Shown: positions 55,907-64,000 of the stretch, piece by piece
Numbering within the stretch: the first letter of the stretch is position 1
Layout: each line of letters begins with the position of its first letter
Assembly: GCA_018920315.1 (NCBI GenBank)
Contig: JAHLMP010000001.1
Location: forward strand, 177,049 to 241,048
DNA from: Candidatus Aenigmatarchaeota archaeon
Lineage (GTDB): Archaea; Aenigmatarchaeota; Aenigmatarchaeia; GW2011-AR5; JAHLMP01
Length of the DNA: 64,000 nt
Direction of reading: 5' to 3'
Notes under the pieces: model-generated
Told to the model about the DNA's origin: nothing
Seen by the model: the letters and a program-made list of their open reading frames with translations, nothing else
Database searches by the model: none
Made by a program: the position numbers and the translations under genes

Positions 55907-57217
55907 TCATAACTTAAACTTCTTGAAAATATCTAAACCTCCTCGAAGCAAAGGCTTTTTCATTACTTTCATCATCTTTTTCATATTTTTGTAAGTAGAT
56001 AAAAGTTCGCGAACATCTTCTTCTTTCACTCCAGAGCCACGAGCAATTCTTCTTACTCTTGAATTATCTATTATCTCTGGATTTTTTCTTTCTTCTATTG
56101 TCATAGATTTAACTATATGCTTCCATTTTTCCATCTTCTTTTCTTGAATATTTAAGTCGATATTCTTTGATTGCGGAATTCTTAGGCCAAGCATCTCTAA
56201 TATTTTATCTATTGGTCCTGTTTTTTGCATCATCTCTATTTGCGCGCAAAAATCTTCTAAGTCAAAATCTTCTTTTATTATCTTTTCCGCTATTTCGGGC
56301 TTTGCTACTTCTTTGACCTTTTCCATTAATGTTTCCATATCACCAAAACCCAATAGTCTTGAAACAAATCTTTTTGAATCATAAAGTTCTATATCATCTA
56401 TCTTCTCTCCAACTGTAATGAATTTTACTGTTGAATCTGTAAACCTCGCAGAAGTTAAAGCTCCGCCTCCTTTTGCTGTAGAATCTAATTTAGTAACAAT
56501 TATTCCTGTAATTCCTACAAGTTTATTAAACTCTTGTGCTTGAATGCCAGCAACTTGTCCTAAATCTGCTGGAACAACCAAGAGTATTTCTATGGGTTTT
56601 ATTATATTTGCTAAGTCTACAAGCTCCTTTGCTAATTCTTCATCTAATGCATCTCTTCCTGCAGTATCAAATATTATAATATCATATTTCTTTAACTCTT
56701 CCAAAGCTATTGTTGCTATTCTTCTTGGGTCTTTTTCTTCTTTCAATAAAAAGCATGAAATATTTGCCTTCTTAGCTAATTGTTCTAACTGCTCCATTGC
56801 TGCTGGTCTATAAGTATCGCAAGAAGTAACCGCTACGCTCATACCTTTCTTTCTATAGAAATTTGCTAACTTTACTGCTGTTGTTGTTTTACCACTTCCA
56901 AAAAGGCCAACAAGCATTATTCTACCTTTCTCTAATTTTATTTTTGCTTCTTTTCCAAGAATGTTCGCAAGTTCTTCAAAAACAACATAGATTGTATGCT
57001 CTTTCAGTGTTAACCCTTCTTTTGGTTTCTCTTCTAGAGCTCTCTTTCTTATCTTTTCGGACAATTGAAAAACAAGATTGACATCTACATCGCTTGCTAA
57101 TAATGCCCGTTGAATCTCTATAATCATTTCATCTATCTTGCTCTTGTCAACCGTGCCTCTCAATTTATCTATTGCTTTTCTTAGTCCTTCTTTTAACTTT
57201 TCTAACATTTTTATCAA
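55907..57217 (-). CDS. srp54: Signal recognition particle protein SRP54
   Basis: 436 aa. The NG domain carries GLFGSGKTTT, DTAGR and TKLD. The M domain is Met-rich. Confidence 0.95.
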   Translation of the reverse strand: MIKMLEKLKEGLRKAIDKLRGTVDKSKIDEMIIEIQRALLASDVDVNLVFQLSEKIRKRALEEKPKEGLTLKEHTIYVVFEELANILGKEAKIKLEKGRIMLVGLFGSGKTTTAVKLANFYRKKGMSVAVTSCDTYRPAAMEQLEQLAKKANISCFLLKEEKDPRRIATIALEELKKYDIIIFDTAGRDALDEELAKELVDLANIIKPIEILLVVPADLGQVAGIQAQEFNKLVGITGIIVTKLDSTAKGGGALTSARFTDSTVKFITVGEKIDDIELYDSKRFVSRLLGFGDMETLMEKVKEVAKPEIAEKIIKEDFDLEDFCAQIEMMQKTGPIDKILEMLGLRIPQSKNIDLNIQEKKMEKWKHIVKSMTIEERKNPEIIDNSRVRRIARGSGVKEEDVRELLSTYKNMKKMMKVMKKPLLRGGLDIFKKFKL

Positions 57218-57291
57218 ATAAAGTTAGAATAGGAAGAAATAAAAATAAATTAAAATTGACTTTAATTTTTAGAATTGAAATAATAAGTATT

Positions 57292-57831
57292 ATGGAAACT
57301 ATAGAATGCATAAAAACTAGAAAAAGTGTGAGAAAATTCAAGAAAAAGGATATAGAAAAAGAAAAACTTATAAAGATATTAGAAGCTGCTATTAATGCTC
57401 CTTCATCTGGAAATCTTCAAAATTGGGAGTTCATAATAGTTAGAGATGAAGAAAATAAAAAACATGTAGCTAAAGCTGCATTGAATCAAAATTTTATTGC
57501 TGATGCAAGCGTTGTGATAATAGCATGTTCCAATAATGATAAGATTATTTTCTATGGAAAAAGAGGAAGAGATCTTTATGCCATCGAAAATGTAAGTGCC
57601 GCTATACAAAACATTTTGCTTGCTGCTAACGATCTAGGGATAGGAAGTTGCTGGGTCGGTGCATTTGACGAGAAAGAACTTAAGAAAATTCTAGAAATAC
57701 CTGAAAATGTTAGACCTCTTGCAATAATTCCATTGGGCTATCCTGACGAAAATCCTGAGAAACCTGTTAGAAGATCGCTTTCGCAAGTTGTATTTGAAGA
57801 AAAATATGGAAAGAAACTAAAAATATTTTGA
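57292..57831 (+). CDS. Nitroreductase-family flavoprotein
   Basis: METIECIKTRKSVRKF, APSSGNLQNWEF. The ORF track extends to 57172, but that part overlaps srp54 and is hydrophobic junk. Confidence 0.8.
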   Translation: METIECIKTRKSVRKFKKKDIEKEKLIKILEAAINAPSSGNLQNWEFIIVRDEENKKHVAKAALNQNFIADASVVIIACSNNDKIIFYGKRGRDLYAIENVSAAIQNILLAANDLGIGSCWVGAFDEKELKKILEIPENVRPLAIIPLGYPDENPEKPVRRSLSQVVFEEKYGKKLKIF

Positions 57832-57877
57832 TTGAAGATGAAAATTTTATTCGAAGCTATGTTGCATTTAAGCGATT

Positions 57878-58564
57878 TTGATGAATTCGAAAGAAAAAAC
57901 AATATTAGGAATTGATGAAGCAGGAAGAGGTAGCGTAATAGGACCTTTAGTAATATGTGGTGTTTTAGTAGAAGAATCTAAAATTGAATTAATAAAAGAT
58001 GCTAAAGATTCTAAACTTCTTTCCCCTAAAAAAAGAGAAATATTAGAAAAAAAACTTAAAGAAGTTGTAAAAGATTTTGCAGTAATAAAAATTTCTTCAG
58101 AGGAGATTGACAAGCTTAGAAGTGAAAAAAATCTAAATAAAATAGAGATAGAAAACATGCAAAAGATAATAAATCTTTTTAATCCAGACGTTGTAATTAT
58201 AGACTCTCCTGAAAAAAATGTAAAAAAGTTTGAGAAGAAGATTCGAGAGAAGATAAGGAAAGATAATATAAAAATAATTTGTGAAAATTATGCGGACAAG
58301 AAATACAAGATTGTCGGTGCAGCTTCTATAATTGCAAAGGTCGAGAGAGATAGAGAAATAGAAAAAATAAAAGAAGAATATAAAATTGATTTTGGTTCTG
58401 GCTATCCTAGTGATGAGAGGACTATTGAATTCTTAGAAAATATTATAAGAAATGAGAAAGAGCTACCAAAATTTATAAGAAAGAGCTGGTTCACAGTAAA
58501 AAGATTAGGTAAGAAAAAATTACAAGCAAAGATAAAGTATTTTTTAGATTCCTATAATGCATAG
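57878..58564 (+). CDS. rnhB: Ribonuclease HII
   Basis: 228 aa with GIDEAGRGSVIGPLV, ADKKYKIVGAASIIAKVERD and GSGYPSD. Confidence 0.9.
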   Translation: MMNSKEKTILGIDEAGRGSVIGPLVICGVLVEESKIELIKDAKDSKLLSPKKREILEKKLKEVVKDFAVIKISSEEIDKLRSEKNLNKIEIENMQKIINLFNPDVVIIDSPEKNVKKFEKKIREKIRKDNIKIICENYADKKYKIVGAASIIAKVERDREIEKIKEEYKIDFGSGYPSDERTIEFLENIIRNEKELPKFIRKSWFTVKRLGKKKLQAKIKYFLDSYNA

Positions 58565-59016
58565 AATAAAAAGAAATAAATCAAAAATAAATGTCTTAAA
58601 GGAAGAATTATGTGAATTTTTTTATTAAAGCTTAGTATTGTTAAAAATAGGTTGGAAGCAAAAAGAAAAAACCATGGAAAAAAGAATGGAAAAAATATTA
58701 GAGCTTCAGAAAGCCTATCGCAAGTAACATCGATAATATAACCTTCTTTGTTGTTAAGTTTGTATCTTCTCGCGATTTCACCATCCAAAGCATCTAGAAT
58801 TAGTATTAGAATTAGTAAAATCGCAGCTATAAATCTATGAAAGTCGAAAATTAAAATAAATATTATACTTAGTATTACGGTAAAAGATGATATGAGATTT
58901 GGATTTACTTTTGGAAGATATAAACCAGAAAATAAAAATTCTCTAAGTTTTATTAAATCTTTTGAGATTTTCAATTTCCTAATCTTTTCTCTTCTCGATT
59001 TCATCATATCAATCAA
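58552..59016 (-). CDS. CDP-alcohol phosphatidyltransferase family protein (short)
   Basis: 154 aa membrane protein. DALDGEIARR...G...D...CD matches D-x2-DG-x2-AR...G-x3-D-x3-D. Confidence 0.6.
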   Translation of the reverse strand: MIDMMKSRREKIRKLKISKDLIKLREFLFSGLYLPKVNPNLISSFTVILSIIFILIFDFHRFIAAILLILILILDALDGEIARRYKLNNKEGYIIDVTCDRLSEALIFFPFFFPWFFLFASNLFLTILSFNKKIHIILPLRHLFLIYFFLFYAL

Positions 59017-59486
59017 ATTAAAATAAAAACAAATAATAAGAATAATGTTAAGATTATCTCTAAAACTAATCTTGAGTTATTAGAAAGTGAAATGATTCGA
59101 ACTTCTTTTTTTGAATATGGATAAAATGGTCTAGAAACTCCAAACAAAAAATCTGTAGAGTAATGAAGAATTAAGCATAAAGAAAATATCTTTATTAAAG
59201 TTTTATCTAATACGAAATATAAAAATGATGCAAGTAAAGAAAAAATAAGCATGCCAATAAATTCGTGAAGTATTGTCCTTGATTTTGCTCCAAACTTCTC
59301 TTTTAATATCTTTTCTTTCTTTTCTAAAATGTAGAAAATATGATCCAAATCTAAAAAGGTGGAGGAAGCGAGTATCAATAAAAAATATTTACTAGCATTT
59401 TTGAAGATGAGATCTACAAATATGTAGGAGATTAAAAAATGGAATAGCGGATTCATGAAAATCTTAAATTTAAACTCGATTAGCAA
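59013..59486 (-). CDS. Membrane-bound metal-dependent hydrolase-like protein (DUF457/YdjM-like)
   Basis: 157 aa polytopic protein with a His/Asp pattern (FHF, DLDH, HEF, HYSTD). The assignment is tentative. Confidence 0.35.
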   Translation of the reverse strand: MLIEFKFKIFMNPLFHFLISYIFVDLIFKNASKYFLLILASSTFLDLDHIFYILEKKEKILKEKFGAKSRTILHEFIGMLIFSLLASFLYFVLDKTLIKIFSLCLILHYSTDFLFGVSRPFYPYSKKEVRIISLSNNSRLVLEIILTLFLLFVFILI

Positions 59487-60691
59487 ACACTTATCTCTTT
59501 ATATATCAATTCCATACAAAACTCGTAGATTTTAGATAGCTCTTCCTCTATTATTTCAATTACTTTTTTTCTCATTTCTTCTATTGGTGTTTTATTTGGA
59601 ATTATTTGTGCCGAAGCTATCATTGGCTTGTCTATTGGCTCGCCTATTTGAGAAACGAGCCAAACATAGACTTCTTTAGCATCTATTATATTGTATATCT
59701 TTTCAGCAATTCTATGAGAAAGCACATTATATATCTTTCCAATATGACTTACTGGGTTTTTTCCTGCCGCTGCTTCACTTCCTGTTGGTCTATTAAGTGG
59801 TATTACCCCATTTACTCTATTTCCTCTTCCTACCTCGCCGCAATCAGCATCTTCTGCACAAGTACCAGTAACAGTAAGATATACTCCTGCAATACCTCTG
59901 CCTTTTCTATCAAGAGTATTCATATAAACAAATGATTTATAGCTCGTTCTATTTCTAACAAATTTTCTAATCTCTTCTAAAATCTCTTCTTTTTTAATAA
60001 AATAATCGTTCTCATCTTTTACAAACCTATCTATAAGTGGCATTGCTATAGTTAAATACAACTCACTATTTTTTCTAATTCCCATTACCTTTACATCCTC
60101 TCCTGACTCTGGAAACATTTTTTTAAATTCTTTTGAATTTAAAAATCGCTCTGTCTCTAAAACGATTTTTTCTGTTTCACTGAGAGGAGCGTAACCAACG
60201 ACTGCAGACGTATCATTAGCACCAAAAACCTTTGTTTCAAATGCTCTTTTGAATATATCCTGCAAAGCTTTAGAGCCTGGCTTTAATTCTATTTGATAGG
60301 TCATATGCTTTTCTGGATCTACGAAGCGTATATGCTCTTGAAGCCATTGCTTAGCTGTTTTTATTACTATGCTTTCGATATCTATTTTTTCATGATCAAC
60401 AATGAATGTTGCTCTATCACCAATAACCATTTTCATGGGCTTTATAATTCTTCCTCCTCCAAATTTTTGTTCAGCCTCGCCAGCAACAAGCAAACTTTTA
60501 TCAATATTATGATGATAAATCACGCCAAACTTTTTCAAATATTCCTTTGAAAGTTCTATCGAAATTTTATTCATCATAGAATCGCAAATATAGTCAGGAT
60601 GACCTAATCCTTTACGTTCAACTATTTCAGTTCTTTGCTCAAAAACAGGAACGCTTCTCAACTCTTCTACAACGATATTTCTCATAAACAT
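59480..60691 (-). CDS. mat: Archaeal-type S-adenosylmethionine synthetase
   Basis: 403 aa. ERKGLGHPDYICDS and GTCAEDADCGEVGRGNR are typical of archaeal MAT. Confidence 0.9.
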   Translation of the reverse strand: MFMRNIVVEELRSVPVFEQRTEIVERKGLGHPDYICDSMMNKISIELSKEYLKKFGVIYHHNIDKSLLVAGEAEQKFGGGRIIKPMKMVIGDRATFIVDHEKIDIESIVIKTAKQWLQEHIRFVDPEKHMTYQIELKPGSKALQDIFKRAFETKVFGANDTSAVVGYAPLSETEKIVLETERFLNSKEFKKMFPESGEDVKVMGIRKNSELYLTIAMPLIDRFVKDENDYFIKKEEILEEIRKFVRNRTSYKSFVYMNTLDRKGRGIAGVYLTVTGTCAEDADCGEVGRGNRVNGVIPLNRPTGSEAAAGKNPVSHIGKIYNVLSHRIAEKIYNIIDAKEVYVWLVSQIGEPIDKPMIASAQIIPNKTPIEEMRKKVIEIIEEELSKIYEFCMELIYKEISVC

Positions 60692-60747
60692 TCACATTAA
60701 TTTACAATAAACTTTAGATTAAAGTTTTAAAAAATTAAAAATAATTC

Positions 60748-61953
60748 ATGTTTGAAATTTTTTTATTCTTTTTATTTGGAATTGTTGCTGGAGTAGTTGC
60801 TGGTATAATTCCTGGAATACATCCAAATTTTATTGCGATCGTTGTTTCTTCTCTACTATTTTCGATTTTTCCTAATAATATAGATTTTATTGCTTTCATA
60901 GTTGCTATGGGAATAACCAACTCTTTTATAAGTGCTATACCATCAATACTTTTGGGAGCTCCGGAAGAAGAAAGCTGCTTAGCTATTCTTCCTGGTCATT
61001 ATTTTTTGATGAAAGGTTATGGATACTATGCTGTTAAACTTACAATTGTTGGAAGTTTATCTGGATTTATATTTTGTTTATTCGTGCTTCCTATAGCATA
61101 TTTCATTTTTCCATTAATATATAATTTGATTAGAAATTTCATTCATATTATTTTGCTCGTTGTAGTTCTTTTTACAATATTATTAGAAAAAAGTAAAAGA
61201 AAAATGATTTTGGCTACATCTATCTTTCTAATTTCTGGAAGTATAGGAATTTTCGGAAACGACTTACCAATAAATCAAAACTTTTACTTATTTGTTGCTC
61301 TTACAGGCTTGTTTGGCATACCAACTCTATTATTATCGATAAAAAGAGCGGAGTCTTTACCAGAGCAAAAAATGAAAGAAAAGAATTTATCTATAAAAAC
61401 GATAAATAAAGCTATATTTAGTGGTAGTATTGCTGGTCTTATTACAGGCTTGTTGCCAGGTGTTGGAGCTTCTCAAGCAACCATGATAGCAACCTTAGGA
61501 AAGGTCTCGCGAGAATACTTCTTATTATCACTTGGAGCTGCTACTACAAGCAACGTGTTCTTCTCATTTCTTGCTCTTTGGCTAATAGGAAAACCAAGAA
61601 GCGGATTGGCTATTGCTGTTAAAAACTTTGTTGGATATGTTGGATTTGAAGAATTTTTAACATTTATAATAATTTCATTAATTGCATCAAGCCTTTCAAC
61701 AATTGTTGGATTATGGATATCGAAAAGATTCCTAGAAACATTATCAAAACTAGATTATAGAAAAATAAATATATTTGTAGCGATGTTTCTCTTCTTTTTA
61801 ACATTTATTTTTTCTTCCTTTTATGGAATATTTCTTTTAATTATAACTACATCGCTTGGAATTTTTACAATTACTTCTAAAGTTAGAAGAGTAAATCTAA
61901 TGGGATTTTTAATACTTCCTACAATCCTATTCTTTTCAGGAATATATTTTTAG
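60748..61953 (+). CDS. TctA/DUF112-family membrane transporter
   Basis: 401 aa polytopic protein with GIIPGIHPN and LPGVGASQA motifs. Confidence 0.7.
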   Translation: MFEIFLFFLFGIVAGVVAGIIPGIHPNFIAIVVSSLLFSIFPNNIDFIAFIVAMGITNSFISAIPSILLGAPEEESCLAILPGHYFLMKGYGYYAVKLTIVGSLSGFIFCLFVLPIAYFIFPLIYNLIRNFIHIILLVVVLFTILLEKSKRKMILATSIFLISGSIGIFGNDLPINQNFYLFVALTGLFGIPTLLLSIKRAESLPEQKMKEKNLSIKTINKAIFSGSIAGLITGLLPGVGASQATMIATLGKVSREYFLLSLGAATTSNVFFSFLALWLIGKPRSGLAIAVKNFVGYVGFEEFLTFIIISLIASSLSTIVGLWISKRFLETLSKLDYRKINIFVAMFLFFLTFIFSSFYGIFLLIITTSLGIFTITSKVRRVNLMGFLILPTILFFSGIYF

Positions 61954-61991
61954 ATCAAAGATGTAAATTGCTTCATGAGTATTCTAAATAG

Positions 61992-63296
61992 CTATTCTAG
62001 AATCTTGCCAAGTAAGAAATTTCCTTTCAATCCAATAACTTTAACATTTATAAAACATCCTAACAAATTCTTGTATTGTTTATTGTTGCAAATTATTATT
62101 GGCATATATGCATAGTTTCTTCCTACATATCCTTTTCCTTTTATAATTTTATCTATTAAAACTTCTCCTTCCCACCCTATCCAAGATTTATTTATTTTAT
62201 TTGCAATTTCTTTACAAATTTTGTGAAGAATTTTGCTTCTTTTACTTTTTATATTAGTTGGAGTTTGCTTCAATTTAGATGCTGGAATTATTTTATGAGG
62301 AGAAAATCTTGATATATTCACCTTATTTGGTTCTATTCTCTTTATTAATTCCACTGTTTCTAAGAAATCTTCCTCGCTCTCGCCAGGATATCCAACAATT
62401 ACATCTGTCCATAAATTGAGCTCTTTAAAATGTCTTCTAAATTTTTCTACTATATCTATGAAATCCTCTTTCTCATATCCTCTATTCATTAAATTTAATA
62501 TTTTATTTGAGCCACTTTGTACTGGTAGATGCAAGAACTTAAATATTCTTTCATCTCTATATATTCTAAGCATCTCATTAGATATTTTGATTAAATTCTT
62601 AGGATTCATCATTCCTATTCTTATAAAATATTTTCCTTTAATATTAGACAGTATATTCTCAAGCAAATTGGGAAGAAGAGGAACTTTGCCTTTATCTAAC
62701 CCGTAGCAGGCTACATCTTGCCCTGTAATCCAAAATTCTTTTGTACCATATTCTTTAGCAAGCTCTATCTCTTTTATTATTTTATCTTCTGGGAAAGAGA
62801 AAACGTTTCCTTTTGCAAATTTTGTTGCGCAAAAATAACAAAAGGAGTTACAACCAGAGCAAATAGGAATTATTGATATAACTTTATTTTCTTGAATTTT
62901 TGGAAGCAAAATTTTTATCTCATTATTTTTTCCTAAAAACTCTACTTTTTCATTTCTTATTATTTTAAAAACAGCTTTATCTATCTTTGTGATATGATTC
63001 GTACTTACTATATTTGCATCAGGTGCTATTTCCTTTATTTCATTGTAATGTGTTTCTGGTAAACAACCCGCGACTATAATCTTTTTTCTCGGATATCTTA
63101 TTGAGATTTCTTTTATTCTATATAACATTTTATTTACAGTAGCCTCTTTCACTGAGCATGTATTAATTATTATAATATCGCTATTTTCTATATTATTTAC
63201 TAAAATAAGTCCTTTTCTTGATAATATTCCTTTTATTATTTGAGATTCTGCAATGTTATTACTACAACCATAGGTTTCTACGTAAATGTTTTGCAT
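61992..63296 (-). CDS. Radical-SAM methylthiotransferase (MiaB/MtaB-CDKAL1-like tRNA modification enzyme)
   Basis: 434 aa. The UPF0004 N-domain starts YVETYGCSNN. The radical SAM motif is CSGCNSFCYFC. A C-terminal TRAM-like region is present. Confidence 0.85.
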   Translation of the reverse strand: MQNIYVETYGCSNNIAESQIIKGILSRKGLILVNNIENSDIIIINTCSVKEATVNKMLYRIKEISIRYPRKKIIVAGCLPETHYNEIKEIAPDANIVSTNHITKIDKAVFKIIRNEKVEFLGKNNEIKILLPKIQENKVISIIPICSGCNSFCYFCATKFAKGNVFSFPEDKIIKEIELAKEYGTKEFWITGQDVACYGLDKGKVPLLPNLLENILSNIKGKYFIRIGMMNPKNLIKISNEMLRIYRDERIFKFLHLPVQSGSNKILNLMNRGYEKEDFIDIVEKFRRHFKELNLWTDVIVGYPGESEEDFLETVELIKRIEPNKVNISRFSPHKIIPASKLKQTPTNIKSKRSKILHKICKEIANKINKSWIGWEGEVLIDKIIKGKGYVGRNYAYMPIIICNNKQYKNLLGCFINVKVIGLKGNFLLGKILE

Positions 63297-63381
63297 TTCA
63301 ATCGTGCCATATTAAAACTTTAAAAAGGTTTATTATAATTTTAATAATTAATTAAAAAGAAGATAAAATAAAGTGGTGTGG

Positions 63382-64000
63382 ATGGCAAATATTCTCAATG
63401 TTAAGCAGGGTGTATTAGATGCATTAAGAAATATAGGACTGAACTTATATGAAAGAAAATTGTGGGTTGCGTTGCTCTCTAAAGGAAGTGCAACTGCCGG
63501 AGAGCTTGCAGACATTTCAAACGTTCCAAGATCAAGATGTTACGATGTTTTAGAATCATTAGCAGACAAGGGATTTGTAATAATACAACCTTCTAAGCCC
63601 ATGCGATACGTTGCTATAAAGCCAAAAGAAGCTCTTGAAAAGGCTAAAAAAAGGTTACTACAAAGAACTGAAGAAATGATAAAGAGAATAGACAATCTTG
63701 CAGCAAGCGAAATAATAAAGGAACTTGAGAAAATATATGTAGAAGGAATAAGGATAGTTAGGCCAGAAGATTTTTCAGGAGCTCTGAGAGGTAGAGATGC
63801 TTATTTAGAGCAAATAGAAACGATGCTTGAAAACGCTAAAAAATCTGCAAAATTCTTGCTTACAGAGCAAGCTTTGCAAGAAATATATGAAAAGAAACTG
63901 AAGGTTTTTGAAAAGGCTTCCAAGGCAGGAATTCAAATAAAGATTGCAGCACCTATAACAAAGAAGGCCGAACAAATAGTAAAAGAACTTAAGAAGTATG
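63382..64000 (+). CDS. TrmB-family transcriptional regulator (partial; runs off the right edge)
   Basis: Own translation gives MANILNVKQGVLDALRNIGLNLYERKLWVALLSKGSATAGELADISNVPRSRCYDVLESLADKGFV..., a TrmB-type wHTH. Confidence 0.7.
   Translation, partial: MANILNVKQGVLDALRNIGLNLYERKLWVALLSKGSATAGELADISNVPRSRCYDVLESLADKGFVIIQPSKPMRYVAIKPKEALEKAKKRLLQRTEEMIKRIDNLAASEIIKELEKIYVEGIRIVRPEDFSGALRGRDAYLEQIETMLENAKKSAKFLLTEQALQEIYEKKLKVFEKASKAGIQIKIAAPITKKAEQIVKELKKY

Overview
This is a strongly AT-rich, tightly packed archaeal chromosomal segment. Small genes, short intergenic spacers and scattered single ribosomal-protein genes suggest a DPANN- or nanoarchaeon-like organism. I support about 70 protein-coding genes. 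Most are housekeeping: thermosome, family-B DNA polymerase, TBP, Top6B, aEF-2, Nop5-fibrillarin, SRP54, aTrm56, Bud32, RNase HII, EndoQ, ThrRS, TrpRS, GluRS, AlaRS, archaeal SAM synthetase, and ribosomal proteins uS4, uS13, eS26, uS10, uS15, eS17 and P1. Metabolic genes include a PFK plus class I aldolase pair, HMG-CoA synthase, geranylgeranyl reductase with a ferredoxin, and a speH-bpsA polyamine pair. There are also several secreted or surface proteins and a type IV pilin-like gene. I saw no rRNA, CRISPR array, transposase, integrase or obvious prophage. The main finding concerns RNA. All six tRNA genes in the window carry an intron at the same T-loop position (59/60). Each intron builds a bulge-helix-bulge from the invariant T-loop nucleotides stacked on the T-stem. 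Four of the six carry a second intron, three in the anticodon loop and one at the D-stem/anticodon-stem junction, giving 10 introns in 6 genes. Secondary observations are: a 53-nt perfect direct repeat inside the TBP gene; a bacterial-type, C-terminally short AlaRS; a PolB with a C-terminal zinc-ribbon extension; a permease gene starting 2 nt after tRNA-Val; a pilin/adhesin-like surface cluster; and an uncharacterised three-gene cluster.
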